64,000 nucleotides of DNA from Carcharhinus amblyrhynchos (lineage: Eukaryota). Numbering within the stretch: position 1 is the first letter of the stretch; the number at the start of each line of letters is the position of its first letter. The DNA lies in the NCBI GenBank assembly GCA_965287045.1, contig OZ336870.1, positions 156,178,001 to 156,242,000 of the forward strand, written 5' to 3'. The notes beneath the pieces were generated by a model. That model was not told where the DNA came from, did not search any database, and saw only the letters and a program-made list of their open reading frames with translations. Below, one piece after another: positions 40,383 through 53,649 of the stretch. The position numbers were made by a program, and so were the translations under genes.

Positions 40383-40810
40383 AAAAGTACTTGCGTTTTA
40401 TATAATGCCTTTCACAGTCATTGAATGTCTCAAGACACTTCACAGCTGATGAAGTACTTTTGAAGTGCAGTCCCTGTTGTAATGTAAGAAAAATGGCAGC
40501 CAGTTTGCACACAGCAAACTCTTGCAATCAGCAATATAAATTCACCAGATAATCTATTTTTGTGATGATGATTAAGGGATAAATATTGGCTGGGACACTT
40601 TTAAAATAGTGCCACGGATCTTTATGCCCACTTGAGAAGGCAATTACAGCCATGGTTTACTGTGTCATCCAAAAGATAACATTTCTGGTCATACAGTACT
40701 CCCTCAGCATTGCACTGGAGTATAGGTCATAATTTTTGCACCAGAGTCCTGAGTGAGACCTGAAGCTGGATCCTTGGGACTCAGCTGTAAGAGTGCTTAC
40801 ACTGAGTCAC
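40383..40810 (-). mobile_element. DeuSINE (SacSINE1-like)
   Basis: Reverse complement resembles 19415-19785 (ttgctgtgtgcaaactggctgcc...ttcaaaagtacttcatcagctgtgaagtg...ggcattatataaaacgcaagt). Confidence 0.65.
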
Positions 40811-40971
40811 AGTTTATACTATAGGTGGGATTTTCTATCCCTGACACTGGCAGGCATCATCTCGGGTAGCATGAGAAAATTTGGAAATACAGAAATTCCA
40901 TCTGAATTCTTCAAACTGTTTGCTCTGCAGGCACAGTTCCTTCCCGGGAGCATGAGTGCAGAATTAGCTCA

Positions 40972-41280
40972 ATAGTGGAACGATTGTTAGCACTGCTGCC
41001 TCATAACACCAAAAACCCAGGTTTAATTCTAGCCTTGGGTTACCATCAGTGTGGAATTTGTTTGTTTTCCCCATGTCTGGGTAGGTTTCCTCCCACAGTC
41101 CAAAGCTGTGCAGATTAGTTAGATTGGTCATGCTAAATTGCCCTTCAGGATCCCAAGATGTGCAGGTTAGGTGGATTAGCCAATATAAATGTGTGGGCCT
41201 GGGTGAGATGCTCTTTCAGAGAGTTGCTGCCAACTCAGTGGGCTAAATGGCCTCCTTCTGCACTGTGGGGATTCTAAGAA
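40972..41280 (+). mobile_element. HE1-type V-SINE (older)
   Basis: gttagcactgctgcctca head, V-domain, ggcctccttctgcactgt tail. Confidence 0.75.
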
Positions 41281-43928
41281 TCAATTAACCTTCCATACCT
41301 GCTTAGCTGTCTGCCAGGACTGGGATGATTTTTACCTTCACCAATGGATAATATCCTGACCTTGTGGGTTACTTGCCCTTTATACAAGTGGAGGTCTTTC
41401 ACAGGTGGGCAGTCTAGTCTGCCAAGTTACTGTTCAGGTGGTGAAGAGGCATCTCCCTTCTGTATGTCTATAAAAATAAGCATATGCACATCTGACTTAT
41501 CATCCAGGAACTTCACGTATTATTCTGACAGATTTTAAAGTGAGAAAAAAAACTTTCTGCCCAAAAATACAACATTTTAGAAAGTTGAGGCATCGCTGAT
41601 TATTAACAATAGGTCTGCCCCTTTGTTATATCTCAGAACAACCTTATTTCAGATTACATATCATTTCTACAAAATCCTTAAGACTTATTTAGTCACGTGA
41701 ATAAAAGACCAGACATATTGCCCTCAAATAATTATTTAATAACACAGTCATTACATATGTTAATACGTGAAACCAGTGGAGTGCTGTTCAAATTTTTTCA
41801 TACTTATAGGCCCAATCTGAAAATACGGTGCAAGTGTTATAGACTTTGAATTTCTGTTGATGTAGCGCGAGTATATTCTAAATGGTACTCCGCGCATTAT
41901 CCCATGCTTCTTCAGCTGTATTAATAATGTGTGAATCAATCCAGGAACCACTTTAAGTGGGGGTGCAGATAATTACCACTCAAGTTACGCCTACTATTGG
42001 TTGACAGGATTTTTCTTGCTTTATTAAGAGACTATTTGCTACTGCACTAACATTATATGCATCACTATGCACACAACCAATGTGAATGGACATGCCCAAG
42101 TCATAAAATATGATTAATATGGTACATGCTACTTGATCTGCCCTCTAGTCCAATCTTTGCATTGCCAGCATTTTATAAATTCTCCCAACTAAACCAATCC
42201 AACCTGGCTTTCCTGTTTGAAATGAGTTCCTAATTCCTGGGCATGAATGACCTGTTGCATGAAGTGCTTTCCTGTTGAGTTCCTGTTTCCTTACTAAATG
42301 CTATACAGTGAGAATTGAGATATGGGAATAAAATTTCCAATTGGCAAATGCTAATTGTGCATCTGGGTACCAGGAAATCTTAATTGTTGAAGGTATCGCC
42401 ATTCAGTCAGATGTCTTTGTAACAATGCTTGGGAGCCCTCTTGTGTGAAATTCCTGCAGGCATTTAGTGCTGGCATATAATGCAACACATAGAACATGCA
42501 ACAGATTTCTATATACAAATATTTATTCTTATTTACATATGATTCTCTGATGCCAGTGAGAAGCGTCATTCATAGGGAATGATGACTGGGAAATCACAGA
42601 ACCACAGCCTCCAATTATTTATCCCTCTAAAAGAACCAACTGAGGAAGTAACTCAACATATTTTCTTTTTAAAGGGTGTCTTATCACTCCAAGTGCATTT
42701 GTGTAAATCAGCTTCATAAAACCTCTTAATATTGATTTGCATCTTTCAAATATATTGACCTTCAAACTACGTGTAGTCCATAAGGAATTACTGCACTCAT
42801 CCTTTGTAAATAAGGCTGCAGTGATTTTGTGGTAGCATTGAGGTGATTAGGTATTTAGGTATGAACAATATCCTTTATGCAATAACTCTGTTCTAATGGG
42901 TCTCTCAATTGTTCAATGCTCAGATCATCTTCTAAAACCGTATTAATGATGCTATGATATTAGAACACGATCGATGAGTATCAGTAGCAGAACTGTCCAT
43001 TAGCAGTTTGTTGGGTTTGCAGCCTACTTTACCCAGCAAAGGGTTGTGTTGTATTGAACACTTACAGCAAATGCAATCAACCAAAATAAAAGATGAACAT
43101 GAATATTTCTTCAATGATTTAACTGTGTTTTGAAGACTTTACTCATAGAAAATGTTATAAATTCATTTTAGTTGTTACTAGATTACTAAGGTAGATGTGA
43201 GCATTTTGAGCACACTCTATAATACAAGATTGATATTCATTGTTAAGGTCTATCAAAATAGCAATAGAACTTTGAATATGTGAATAAAAAATATCAGAAT
43301 AATAGAGGACAAAACATAACCACACATGAATGACTGATTGCCTTAGTTCAAGGCTCTAGTGGTCATGTGCTTTCCCTGGGTCACTAATGTAACACATAAT
43401 AGTACAATAGCAATCTGATTTCACTTCAGGCACTTAAAAGCAGCAAGCATCTCTTAAAGACTTGATGCATTACAGTTTCACTTAGGAAGGAAGGTGTCTG
43501 GAGCAACAAATGGATGTAAAACCTGCAGATGTGCCCCAACTTTCTAAGATGCCACAGTAAAGATGTTTCGGTCCATATTCAAGGATTGTAAACTGTACAT
43601 ACCAGACAATTGTCCACAGCAGCACAGAGTCAATTGAACTAAAATCAGGAGAGACATAAATGGACTTGCGATTTTTCACTGCAGATTTTATACTATCACA
43701 GAAAGTCAACCCATACCTGTAGTAATCCATGCTCTTTTCTCATATTGTTCAATACTTTTTCTCTTCAAATATTTAATTTCATTTTCAGTGCTGTAATTGA
43801 TTTAGTTTCAGTAGTCACTTGTGGTAATTATTGTAGCACAAGGTAATATGAAGAGGAAGCTTTCAATCATTACGGTGACTTTTTTGAATAACAGTTCTAG
43901 CTATATACAGACAAGCACAGTACAGATA

Positions 43929-44575
43929 TAGAACATAAGAACATAAGAAATAGGAGCAGGAGTAGGCCATCTAGCCCTTCGAGCCTGCCCCGCCATTCAA
44001 TAAGATCATGGCTGATCTGTTGTGGCTCAGTTCCACTTTCCCGCCCTCTCCCCATAACCCTTAATCCCCTCTCTTATCAAGAACCCATCAACCCGCTTCT
44101 TAAAAATATTTAGCGAGGCAGCCTCCACCACTTCAACGGGCAGAGAATTCCAGAGATTCGCCACCCTTTGAGTGAAGAAGTTCCTCCTCAACTCCGTTCT
44201 AAACCGCCTCCCCTTTATCTTGAGGCTGTGCCCCCTAGTCCTACTGTCTTTTTTGAGCGGAAAGAGTCTCTCCACCTCTATCCTATCCATCCCATTCATC
44301 ATCTTATACGTCTCAATGAGATCTCCCCTCATTCTTCTAAACTCTAGCGAGTACAAGCCTAGTTTATTCAGCCTCTCCTCATAGCTCAATCCCCTCAACT
44401 CCGGTATCAGCCTAGTGAACCTCCTCTGCACTCCCTCCAGGGCCAAAATATCCTTGCGCAGGTGCGGCGCCCAAAACTGCACACAGTACTCCAGCTGCGG
44501 CCTCACCAATGCCCTATACAGCTGCAGCAAGACCTCCCTACTTTTATATTCAATCCCCCTCGCTATGAAGGCCAT
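43929..44575 (-). mobile_element. Young 5'-truncated CR1 inserted in the Gypsy LTR
   Basis: Intact 182-aa ORF2 C-terminus (ALVRPQLEYCVQFW...RNFFTQRV.NLWNSLP); (ttcttatg)n tail. Confidence 0.95.
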
Positions 44576-46173
44576 AGGTCTATAGGTCTAGTCCCACCAA
44601 CTCCCAGGCTCATGCTACGGGTTCCACCTTCCCAGCACCTATGCCCTAACATTTGATAGGCTGAGGTTCATGCGCTCTGTCCTAATAGGACCCAGGAGAG
44701 TCATGTGACCCACAAATGATCATAACTTAAAGGGCCACCCTACCACATTCCTCCCTCCTTAAGTTCGCATACAGTTATACAAAAAAATTCTCTTATGTAC
44801 AAATATGTACAGTTAGTTAAAACAGAATTTCCAAAAAGGGGGTTATTTGGCAAAGTTCAAAAAGCTAATCAACGTGGGAACTTTCAGACTCTTGCAGAAC
44901 TTTGCAACTCCATGACTAGTTTCTCTAAGCTGGAAGTATCAGAGCCTACAGCAGTGGCAGGTGGATTGACAGATTCCAACAACAAGCGGGGGCTGATGCC
45001 CTCTTCCTCTGCTTCTGCTAACAGATGAGATACTCCTCAGGAAGCATTAGATTTTGCTAGCGCTGATTCCGCTGTTTTGGAACTGATTCGGAACATTGAA
45101 TTCTATTACTGGGTCCAGACAACTTGTAGTGGGGGCTACAGCTTCCTGTCTTCTCGTATGATCTACACGCTTCCAAACTTCACGTTTCTGTTGGTCGATG
45201 ACATAAGATATTGGGCCAATCCTTGCAATTATATTCCTGGATATGCAAGATGGTTCCCCTTCCAAACTTTCAGACAAAGCTGAATCATTCATTTTAAATG
45301 ACCTGTCTTCCTTAGCTAAGTCATGATACTCCTTCTGTGAAGCTTGCTTAGCCTCCACCCTCCCCGTCAAATATGGGAAAACGAGGTCAAGGCAGATTCT
45401 AAGGCATCATCCCATCAACAATTCAGCCAGTGTAACCCCTGCGGTAGCATGTGGAGTTGTATTGTATAAGCGCAAAAAAATTGGCTAATCAGTGTGGCAG
45501 TGGTCGGCCGGATGTTTCCACATCGTGCTTTAAAGTTTGCACTATTCATTCTGCCAGCCTATTGGAAGTGAGACGATATGAAGTTGTGTGTATGGGGCGA
45601 ATATCATTAGGCTTGACAAAGTGTAAACTCTTCGGGTGTAAAAGTGGTGCAGTTGTCAGAAACAATCACCTCTTGTATGCCACGTGTGACAAACATTTCC
45701 CTTTGACATCTAACAAGGTCTTTGAATCAAAAACAACAGGCCATGCTATGCCATCTTCCATCTTATGGGAAAGTACAGCCCCCATGCTATAAGGGGATTC
45801 ATCACACATCACTATCTGCTTGCCTGGGTCGAAAAGAAAGAGTAAAGTGAATGGCCGTAGGGCTGATTTTACTTGTGAAAGGTTTTCTCTGAGAATCTTC
45901 CCATTGCCAGCATTGATGTGTTTTTAGAAATGGGTGCCAAAATGGTAAACAAGTTTGGCAAAAAATAGCCATTCTAGTTGCCGTCCCTAAAAAGGATTTC
46001 AGCTTTGTTACGTTCTTCAGTGCCAGCATCTCTGTAATTTACTTTTTCTTCTAGTAGATGCAAATCGTTTGCATTGACTCTGACTCCTAAATACATGACC
46101 TCTTTGATCTGAAGAGTACATTTTTTTCTTTTCGGGCACACACTAGCTTCTTTGACTCTCTTGAGGACTTCCT

Positions 46174-46907
46174 GGGACCTGAGGGACCTGGGGGTCCTTG
46201 TGCACAAGTCGCAAAAACCCAGTCTGCAGGTGCAGGAGGTGATCAAGAAGGCTAATGGAATGTTGGCCTTTATAGCAAGGGGGATAGAATATAAAAGTCG
46301 AGAGGTCTTGCTGCAACTGTACAGGGCACTGGTGAGGCCGCAGCTGGAGTACTGTGTGCAGTTTTGGTCGCTGCACTTGAGGAAGGATATATTGGCCTTG
46401 GAGGGAGTGCAGAGGAGGTTCACTAGGCTGATACCGAAGATGAGGGGGTTGGCTTATGAAAAGAGCCTAAATAGACTGGGTCTGTACTCGTTGGAGTTTA
46501 GAAGGCTGAGGGGGGATCTTATAGAGACGTATATGATAATGAAGGGGATGGATAGGGTAGAGGCACAGAGATTCTTCCCGCTTAGAAAGGATAGCAGGAC
46601 TAGAGGACACAGCCTCAAGATAAGGGGGAGGTGCAGTTTAGATCAGAGCTGAGGAGGAACTTCTTCACTCAAAGGGTGGTGAATCTCTGGAATTCTCTGC
46701 CCTTTGAAGTGGTGGAGGCTACCTCGCTAAATATATTTAAGTCACGGGTAGATAGGTTTCTGATAGACGGGGGAATTAAGGGTTATGGGGAGAAAGTGGG
46801 AAAGTGGAACTGATCCACTTCAGATCAGCCATGATCTTATTGAATGGTGGGGCAGGCTCGAAGGACTAGATGGCCTACTCCTGCTCCTATTTCTTATGTT
46901 CTTATGT
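46174..46907 (+). mobile_element. Young 5'-truncated CR1 inserted in Gypsy pol
   Basis: RDLGVLVH...ALVRPQLEYCVQFWS; tail ttcttatgttcttatg; ttcct on both flanks. Confidence 0.95.
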
Positions 46908-46971
46908 TCCTCTAAATTGGGGCTATGCTCTTGTTATTAAGACAAAGGTAGATTCCTCCAGCTTTGCCAGC

Positions 46972-47081
46972 GGATGGGATTCTCTGGTCCTGCTACATTG
47001 AATAGAGATTCGGTTGAGCGCCAAGTTCTCTGTTCTCACTGGCAGATGTAATGGGATGTATGAGACCAGAGAATTCTGGCC
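46972..47081. mobile_element. Small MITE inserted right after the Gypsy YLDD codons
   Basis: TIR-like ggattctctggtc / gaccagagaattc; splits YLDD from VLIT. Confidence 0.55.
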
Positions 47082-50075
47082 ATCGTCCAGATACATGACA
47101 ACTCTAGGCTTTCCATGGTGTGCTGAAAGATCAAGCATGCAGATGAGATGCTGAAGGGTTACCTTGTAAATTGGAATAAGCCCTTGTGCGTACTAATGGT
47201 GACAAATTTCCTTGAGTCTTCCTCCAGCTCAAGCTGCTGGTACTTAAGTCCAATTTCATGTACTTGAGGCCTCCTGCCAGTTTAACATAAAGCTCTTCTG
47301 TCTTGGGAATAGGATATCTATCCATTTGGACAATCATGTTCACAGCCAACTTGTAATAACCACAAATCGTCACTGTGCGGTCTGGTTTTAACACTGAGAC
47401 TATTGGCGCAGCCCACTCAGGGAATTGTACTGGCTTAATAATCCCTAGATCTTCCGTTCCTTTCAACTCAGCCTCAATTTTTTGATGTGGGGCATAAGGG
47501 ACTGGCCGGGCTCTAAAAAATGTTCACACTGATCCAGGGTTCACTTAAATTTTGGCCTTAATTCTCATATGCACCTCGGCTGTCTCTGAAAGACTTCCTA
47601 ATACTTGCACAAGAGTTCTTGGAAAACCCCACTTGTGATGCTCAATATTTCCAGCCAATTCAACTTGATTTGCTTCAGCCAGTCTTATCCCATAAGGCTA
47701 GGCTTCTTTTCTTTCACTACTATCAGGTGTAGCTGCGTGGATTGGCGCGGATATGACACCGGTGTTTACGTCATGCCCATTATCTTCAGAGCCTCCCCCC
47801 GCCCCGTTAAAGTGGCCACACTATCACAATAATGATTTAATGTATAACTACATCTTTCCATGAAAAATAATTCTTCTAACTTCTCTCTTTGTGCTTTTAG
47901 TATTAATACTAACTTTCCTCCAGCTGAGCCATTTGCCAACCATTGAAAATAATCGATGTGATACAATGTAATTGTAATTTTAACTATGTAATTTGCATTC
48001 ATTGGGGCCTTGGGGCCTGCATGCTTTTGAAGAGTGAATAGGTCAATAATTCTTTTTTCAGACAACATTGCTTCATAAACATATACCTCCTTGTGGTTTT
48101 AGTACCTCCCATCACTACCTCCAGGACAAAATTTCAATAACATTTGTAAACCCAATAAAAGCCAACCATGCGCTTGTTCAGTTGTGCATAAGGTTTCTCA
48201 TTCGTTGCCCATGCCTTTACATTATGTGTGACCTTGGCAAGCAAAAAACAGAATTATGACAAGGTTTTACATCAGATATAATAGCAATTGATTATACCTA
48301 CCATACATTTGATTATATGGCTCACATTATTCTATTTTGTCATTTACAATTCTGCATCAGTCATAAGGAGGGAAAATAGTAGCTAGTTTTCATCAGTTTC
48401 TTCATTACATTGCGATACCTTATATCCATGAAGCACTCGTGCTGCAATTCGCTACCTTTTATGAGCTCATTCATTCAAAAATACTGGAGCCATCTCTTTT
48501 TGTAATGTCCTTATGTTAACAATTTCACTCACCTTTCCTACCACTAAGGCATGCAACACATAACAACAGGACTCATCTAACTCAACAGTCTCACCAAAAC
48601 ATGAAAATGTGCAAAGTTCAGTTCTAAAGTGGTCTTAGTGACTTTGCTGATACCGTATTGCTAAATTACTTTGCATATCTTGATGCCTCTCCAGGATTCA
48701 GAAACACCCTTCACACACAGTGGCCAAGATTTTCCACAGTTGATTGGGTCATGTATATTTCATGGCGCAATATTGTGAAAAAGTCCTTGACACATTTCCC
48801 AGCGGGGTAAATGCAGGATGATATTGTCCGCTATCCCTACCAATGGCAGGCTGCTTTTCCCACTCTCGAACATTAGGAACGTTTGCATCAAATTATAGAG
48901 ACCACACGCTAGAATCATTCCCCCACATCAAATTTAAATTCCACATCAGCGTTATCTCCGAATGAGGGGAGACAGGAGACAAAGTAACCCCAGAGCATAG
49001 GGAACTCTACAGGGGAGAAGGGAGGCAAGGGAGCCTCAGGTACAGAAACAATGGGAGGGATTGAAGGGAGAAGGAACTTCCAAGCAGGGGTAACACTGAG
49101 GAGGAGAGAAGGAAGGCAAGGAAACCCATAGCACAGGGAACAGGAGAAGGGATGTGAGGGATCCTCAGGGCACAGGGAAAAGTGGCAAGTGTAAACGGGG
49201 AGGCCAGGGAACTCCAAGGAACAGTGGGGAGAGATGTCAGTACAGCACAAACCGAATGTTGCACGCAAGCACATGCGGGATGTAGTGAAGGGGTTGAAGA
49301 CAACAGCCAGGCAAATGCTAGAAAATATCAAAGATGAGCACTCTATTGCAGCTTAGATTGTGTAGATTGAGCTTAATTGACATGCTTGATGGCAGGCTAG
49401 TCAAGCAATTATGCCAAGTCAGGCAGCATCAATGTCTGAGGGTGCCAATGATTGCTGTTCTACATTTAACTCTTTGCACAGAGATTTCCAAATCCAATGA
49501 GTGTTGTGGTTCAGCAGAATCATTGGGCGACTGGGCAAGCTTGAGGATCCCCTTAGAAAGATGGCCACAGAGCACTGACTGAGAGGTGCATCCCTAATAC
49601 CTTGCTTTATGTCAAAATTCACATTGACACTTGCCCCGGTCCAAGCAAAGCTCAGGACTTGGACTGCAAGTCAGGACAATATCTGCACCTGAGACGAGAA
49701 CTCAGTGGAGTGGTCAAATCTGTTGCCACTCAGTGGTTTGGGTCAGTGGTGGGGGTGATGATTTGGTCAACCATCCTGCACACTAAACTTTAGGTAGTCA
49801 GGAATCTGCGGCATAAATAAAGGAGCTTTGAGAGGCGGTTGCTGGTGATGATTTGACAAACACTAGTCCTTAGCAGACAAATGGTGACTGGTGTTTTCTC
49901 TGTTTGAAACTTTAGTGAGGAGATCATCAGGAAGATGGAGTCTGGCGATCTTGTAGTTTGCCTCATTACTTATACACCGAAGGGAAGACAGAGATGAGTG
50001 GGATGGTGGTGCATTGCTAACCAAAGGCAAGAGAAGAACCCTGAAGAGCAAGGACAGGCAAGGCCTCCTCCACAT

Positions 50076-50370
50076 AGGGGTGGCACGGTAGCATAGTGGT
50101 TAGCACTGCTGCTTCACAGCGCCAGGGACCCAGGTTCAATTCCCAGCTTGGGTCATTGTCTGTGTGAAGTTTGCACACTCTCCCCGTGTCTGCGTGGCTT
50201 TCCTCCAGGTGCTCCGGTTTCCTTCCACATTCTGAAAGACGTGCTGGTTAGGTGCATTGACCCGAACAGACGTCGGACTGTGTTGACTAGGGGAATTTCA
50301 CATTAACTTTGTTGCAGTATTAATGTAAGCATTACTTATGACGAATAAATAGATAAATTTTAAACTTTGA
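50076..50370 (+). mobile_element. V-SINE with alternative tail
   Basis: gggtggcacggtagcatagtggttagcactgctg head, V-domain, ggggaatttcacattaact...aataaat tail. Confidence 0.85.
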
Positions 50371-50374
50371 ACAC

Positions 50375-51260
50375 AAGGCAATAAAGCAGTGGTCAGCACA
50401 TAATGTCCTCGAAGCCCTGAGGGAAAAGAAGATGGTGGATCCTGTTGGATGGTTCCCCGAGCAAACTGTCAGTGTCATCTGGCAGAATGCCTCATCACCA
50501 GAACTTTCAAACAAGCACCAAGACATGGGATGGCCGATGGTGAGAAGGGCACTTCCCGTCAGATCCTTCATGCACGCTCGAGGTTTTAACACCACTGCAC
50601 GCTGCCCTTGCAGCGACTGCAGGGGTGATGTGGAATGTGCCTTTGCAAAGAAGGTTTGGAGTGAGATGCAGTGGTATTTGTCAAGGTTCATCCCGAGCAG
50701 CTCTGTGACGCAGGACTCTGCTCAACGGGCCGTTTCCAGGGATGCAAACCGAGACAAATATCAACTGCTGTTACAGGGTCATCAAATTGGTGAAGGATGC
50801 TCTTTGGTCCACCCGAAACTTACTGATCTTCCAGTGCAAAGATTTGTCCTCGATCAAGTGTTGCAGATTGGCTCATTCCTAGGTCCAGGACTATATGCTG
50901 AGAGACATTCTCAAGCTTAGAGCAGCCACCCCAAAGGCATAATGGGGAAAGGCCATCGTTTAAAGCCTTTCAACCAAGGCAGATGGAGGGATCAGTAACT
51001 GTAAAAAACCCTCGGACTGTGTAACTGCGTGCAACTCTGTAAAAACAGCACAGTGAAATGTGACAAATGTATGTAGTTTGTTGAAGAACTGAACTGTAAT
51101 GAATGTAATGTCTTGGAACAGAGCACTGTAAAATATCGAAGTTAAGGAAATTGTAAATGTGATTGTTTTTGCACTGTTTGTATTGATTGGAAATATTGTT
51201 TGTGTGATGGTTTATTGCAGAGTATTTATGAATAAAATACATTTTGGAAATAAAAAAAAA
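50375..51260 (+). mobile_element. Tx1/L1-clade LINE 3' end (zf-RVT region, 3' UTR, poly(A))
   Basis: SSPELSNKHQD..W..VRRALPVRSFMHARG..TTARCP..C...ECAFAKKVW; AATAAA followed by A9 at 51252-51260. Confidence 0.8.
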
Positions 51261-51277
51261 TGAGAAGTGGTAAATTT

Positions 51278-51304
51278 GGCCTTTTGGCTAAGATCAAATG
51301 TAGT
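51278..51304 (+). pseudogene. U2 snRNA 5' fragment (nt 11-37)
   Basis: ggccttttggctaagatcaaatgtagt matches recalled vertebrate U2 GGCCUUUUGGCUAAGAUCAAGUGUAGU at 26/27. Confidence 0.8.
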
Positions 51305-51391
51305 TTTGCTGTCCTGCACTTGGTAGAAGTCACTACTTGGTAGAGGTTACACAGAAGCTTCATTTGAAGCAATTTTTTAAAATGGTATCTA

Positions 51392-51408
51392 GGCCTTTTG
51401 GCTAAGAT
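51392..51408 (+). pseudogene. Second U2 snRNA 5' fragment (continues at ~53063-53076 beyond a CR1 insertion)
   Basis: ggccttttggctaagat 17/17 to U2 nt 11-27; tctgttcctatcag 13/14 to U2 nt 39-52. Confidence 0.65.
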
Positions 51409-51445
51409 GCAAATGAGATCAAGCACTGGAGAGGCTGCAATGTCT

Positions 51446-53060
51446 GGAGTGTACATATTAAAGAGAAGGAGGTGCTGGAAGTCTTAAAGCTCTTCAAGAT
51501 AGATAAATCTTCAGAACCTGACGAAGTGTATCCCAGGACATTGGGGCAAGCTAGGGAGGAAATTGCAGGTCCCCTAGCTGAGATATTTGAATCATCGATA
51601 GTCACAGGTGAGGTGCCTGAAGATTGGAAGGTGGCAAATGTTGTGCCTTTGTTTAAAAAGGGCTGCAGGGAAAAGCCTGGGAACTACAGGCCAGTGAGCC
51701 TCACACCTATGGTGGGTAAATTGTTGGAAGGTATTTTGAGACACAGAATCTACAGGCATTTAGAGGTTCAAGGACTGATTAGGGGCAGTCAGCATGGCTT
51801 TGTGAGTGGACAATCATGTCTCACAAATTTAATTGAGTTTTTTGAAGGGGTAATCAAGAAGGTAGATGAGGGCAGTGCAGTTAATGTTGTCTACATGGAC
51901 TTTAGCAAGGCCTTTGACAAGGTACTTGTAGGTTGTTGCATAAAGTTAAATCTCATGGGATCCAGGGTGAGGTATCAAAATGGATGCAAAACTGGCTCCT
52001 TGACAGAAGCCAGAGGGTTGTTGTAGAGAATTATTTTTCAAACTGGAGGCCTGTGACCAGCAGTGTGCCTCATGGATCAGTGCTGAGCCCACTGTTATTT
52101 GTCATTTATATTAATGATTTGGATGAGAATATTGGAAACATGATTAGTAAGTTTGCAGACGACACCAAGATTGGTGGCATAGTGGACAGAGAAGAAAGTT
52201 ATCTCCAATTGCAATGGAATCTTGATCAATTGAGCCAGTGGGCTGATGAATGGCAGATGGAGTTTAATTTAGACAAATGCGAGGTGATGCATTTTGGTAG
52301 ATTAAACCAAGGCAGGACTTATTCAGTTAATGGTAGAGCACTGGGGAGAGTTACAGAACAAAGACATCTGGGATACATGTTCATAGCTCCTAGAAAGTGG
52401 AGTTACAGATGGACAGAGTGGTGGAGAAGGCATTCGGCATGCTTAGTTTCATCGGTCAGAACATTGAATACAGGAGTTGGGATGTCAATAAGAATTGGTA
52501 AGGCCACACTTGGAATACTGTGTGCAATTTTGGTCACCCTATTCTAGAAAATATATTATTAAACTAGAAGGACTGCAGAAAAGATTTACTAGGATACTAC
52601 CGGGACTTGATGGATTGAGTTATAAGGAGAGGCTGGATAGACTGGGACTTTTTTCTCTAGAGCGTAGGAGGCTGAGGAGTGATCTTATAGAGATCTATAA
52701 AATAATGAGGGGCATAGACAAGGTAGATAGTCAATATCTTTTCCCAAAGATGCGAGAGTCTAAAACTAGAGGGCATAGGTTTAAGGTGAGAGAGGAGAGA
52801 CACAAAAGTGTCCAGAGGGGCAATTTTTTCACACAGAGGGTGGTGAGTGTCTGGAACAAGCTGCCAGAGGTAGTAGTAGAGGTGGGTACAATTTTATCTT
52901 TTAAAAGCATTTAGATAGTTACATGGGTACGATGGGTATAGAGGGATATGGGCCAAATACGGTCAATTGGGATTAGCTTAGGGGTTTAAAAAAAATAAGG
53001 GTGGCATGGACAAGTTGGGCCGAAAGGCCTGTTTCCATGCTGTAAACCTCTATGACTCTA
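51446..53060 (+). mobile_element. 5'-truncated CR1 (RT domain and 3' end)
   Basis: PEDWKVANVVPLFKKG, GNYRPVSLT, YMDFSKAFDKV, KFADDTKIGG; tail ctatgactctatg; atgtct on both flanks. Confidence 0.95.
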
Positions 53061-53541
53061 TGTCTGTTCCTATCAGCTTGGATCATGTAGATCAAGCCCA
53101 AAATAGGACGCCAGCCTGTCTTGACAGCTTGGATCTGTAATGTCTCAGTGGTTGAGACTTTGAATTGGACTTTGATTGGATATAACTAAAAGAAAGTAAG
53201 ATTAGTGACAAATTAATACTACTTCCTGGCAATTTAAACCTGAGCAGTTTAAGAGGTGGAGATTATTTTAAATGTTTAAGATGGAATTTTTCAAACATTT
53301 ACAATCCAAGGTTTTACAATCCAAGGTCACAGAATATTTTGGAGATGATGGTGTTTATTTCAATCCTGCATTGTGATGCAGTACTGACAGAATAAACCTA
53401 CAGCTTCTCAACGGATAATTGCAATTTGTATAATTTCCTATTGTAAATTACATGATATTGAAGGTAAAGATCAGATAAATAATAGTTTCAAGTTGCCTAT
53501 TTAAAGGAAATCTAATGTTAGTTACTTTTTTTCTCTTTCAG

Positions 53542-53649
53542 AAGCACTGTGACAGACAGAAAGCCAATTTGCGAATTCGTTACAAACCGTCTCTTTTTCA
53601 GCATGTAGGAACTCACTCTTCATTGGCTGGGAAACTTCAACCACTAAAG
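53542..53649 (+). CDS. MGAT4B-like: MGAT4-family exon, [36 protein letters not shown]
   Basis: ttttttctctttcag acceptor, GTGAGC donor; 108 nt, phase 0-0; near-identical to MGAT4[37 protein letters not shown]. Confidence 0.96.

Larger units (their letters stand above)
43832..47830 (-). mobile_element. Decayed Gypsy/Ty3 LTR retrotransposon (RT, RNase H and integrase remnants, 3' LTR 43832-44747), interrupted by two CR1s and a MITE
   Basis: GIIKPVQFPEWAAPIV.VLKPD.TV.ICGYYK, YPIP, KLDLS, YLDD..VLIT, LKSFLG, IARIGPISY; polypurine tract AAGGAGGGAGGAA abutting TG of the LTR on the minus strand. Confidence 0.85.

Noticed and set aside
41760-41951. Short CpG-containing ORF in unique sequence
   Set aside because: No recognisable homology or splice context; conservation cannot be assessed here
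48950-50070. Purine-rich region as upstream part of the Tx1 element
   Set aside because: No endonuclease or RT motif recognisable; left unassigned
51278-51408. Functional U2 snRNA gene
   Set aside because: Only short 5' pieces; no Sm site or 3' stem-loops seen
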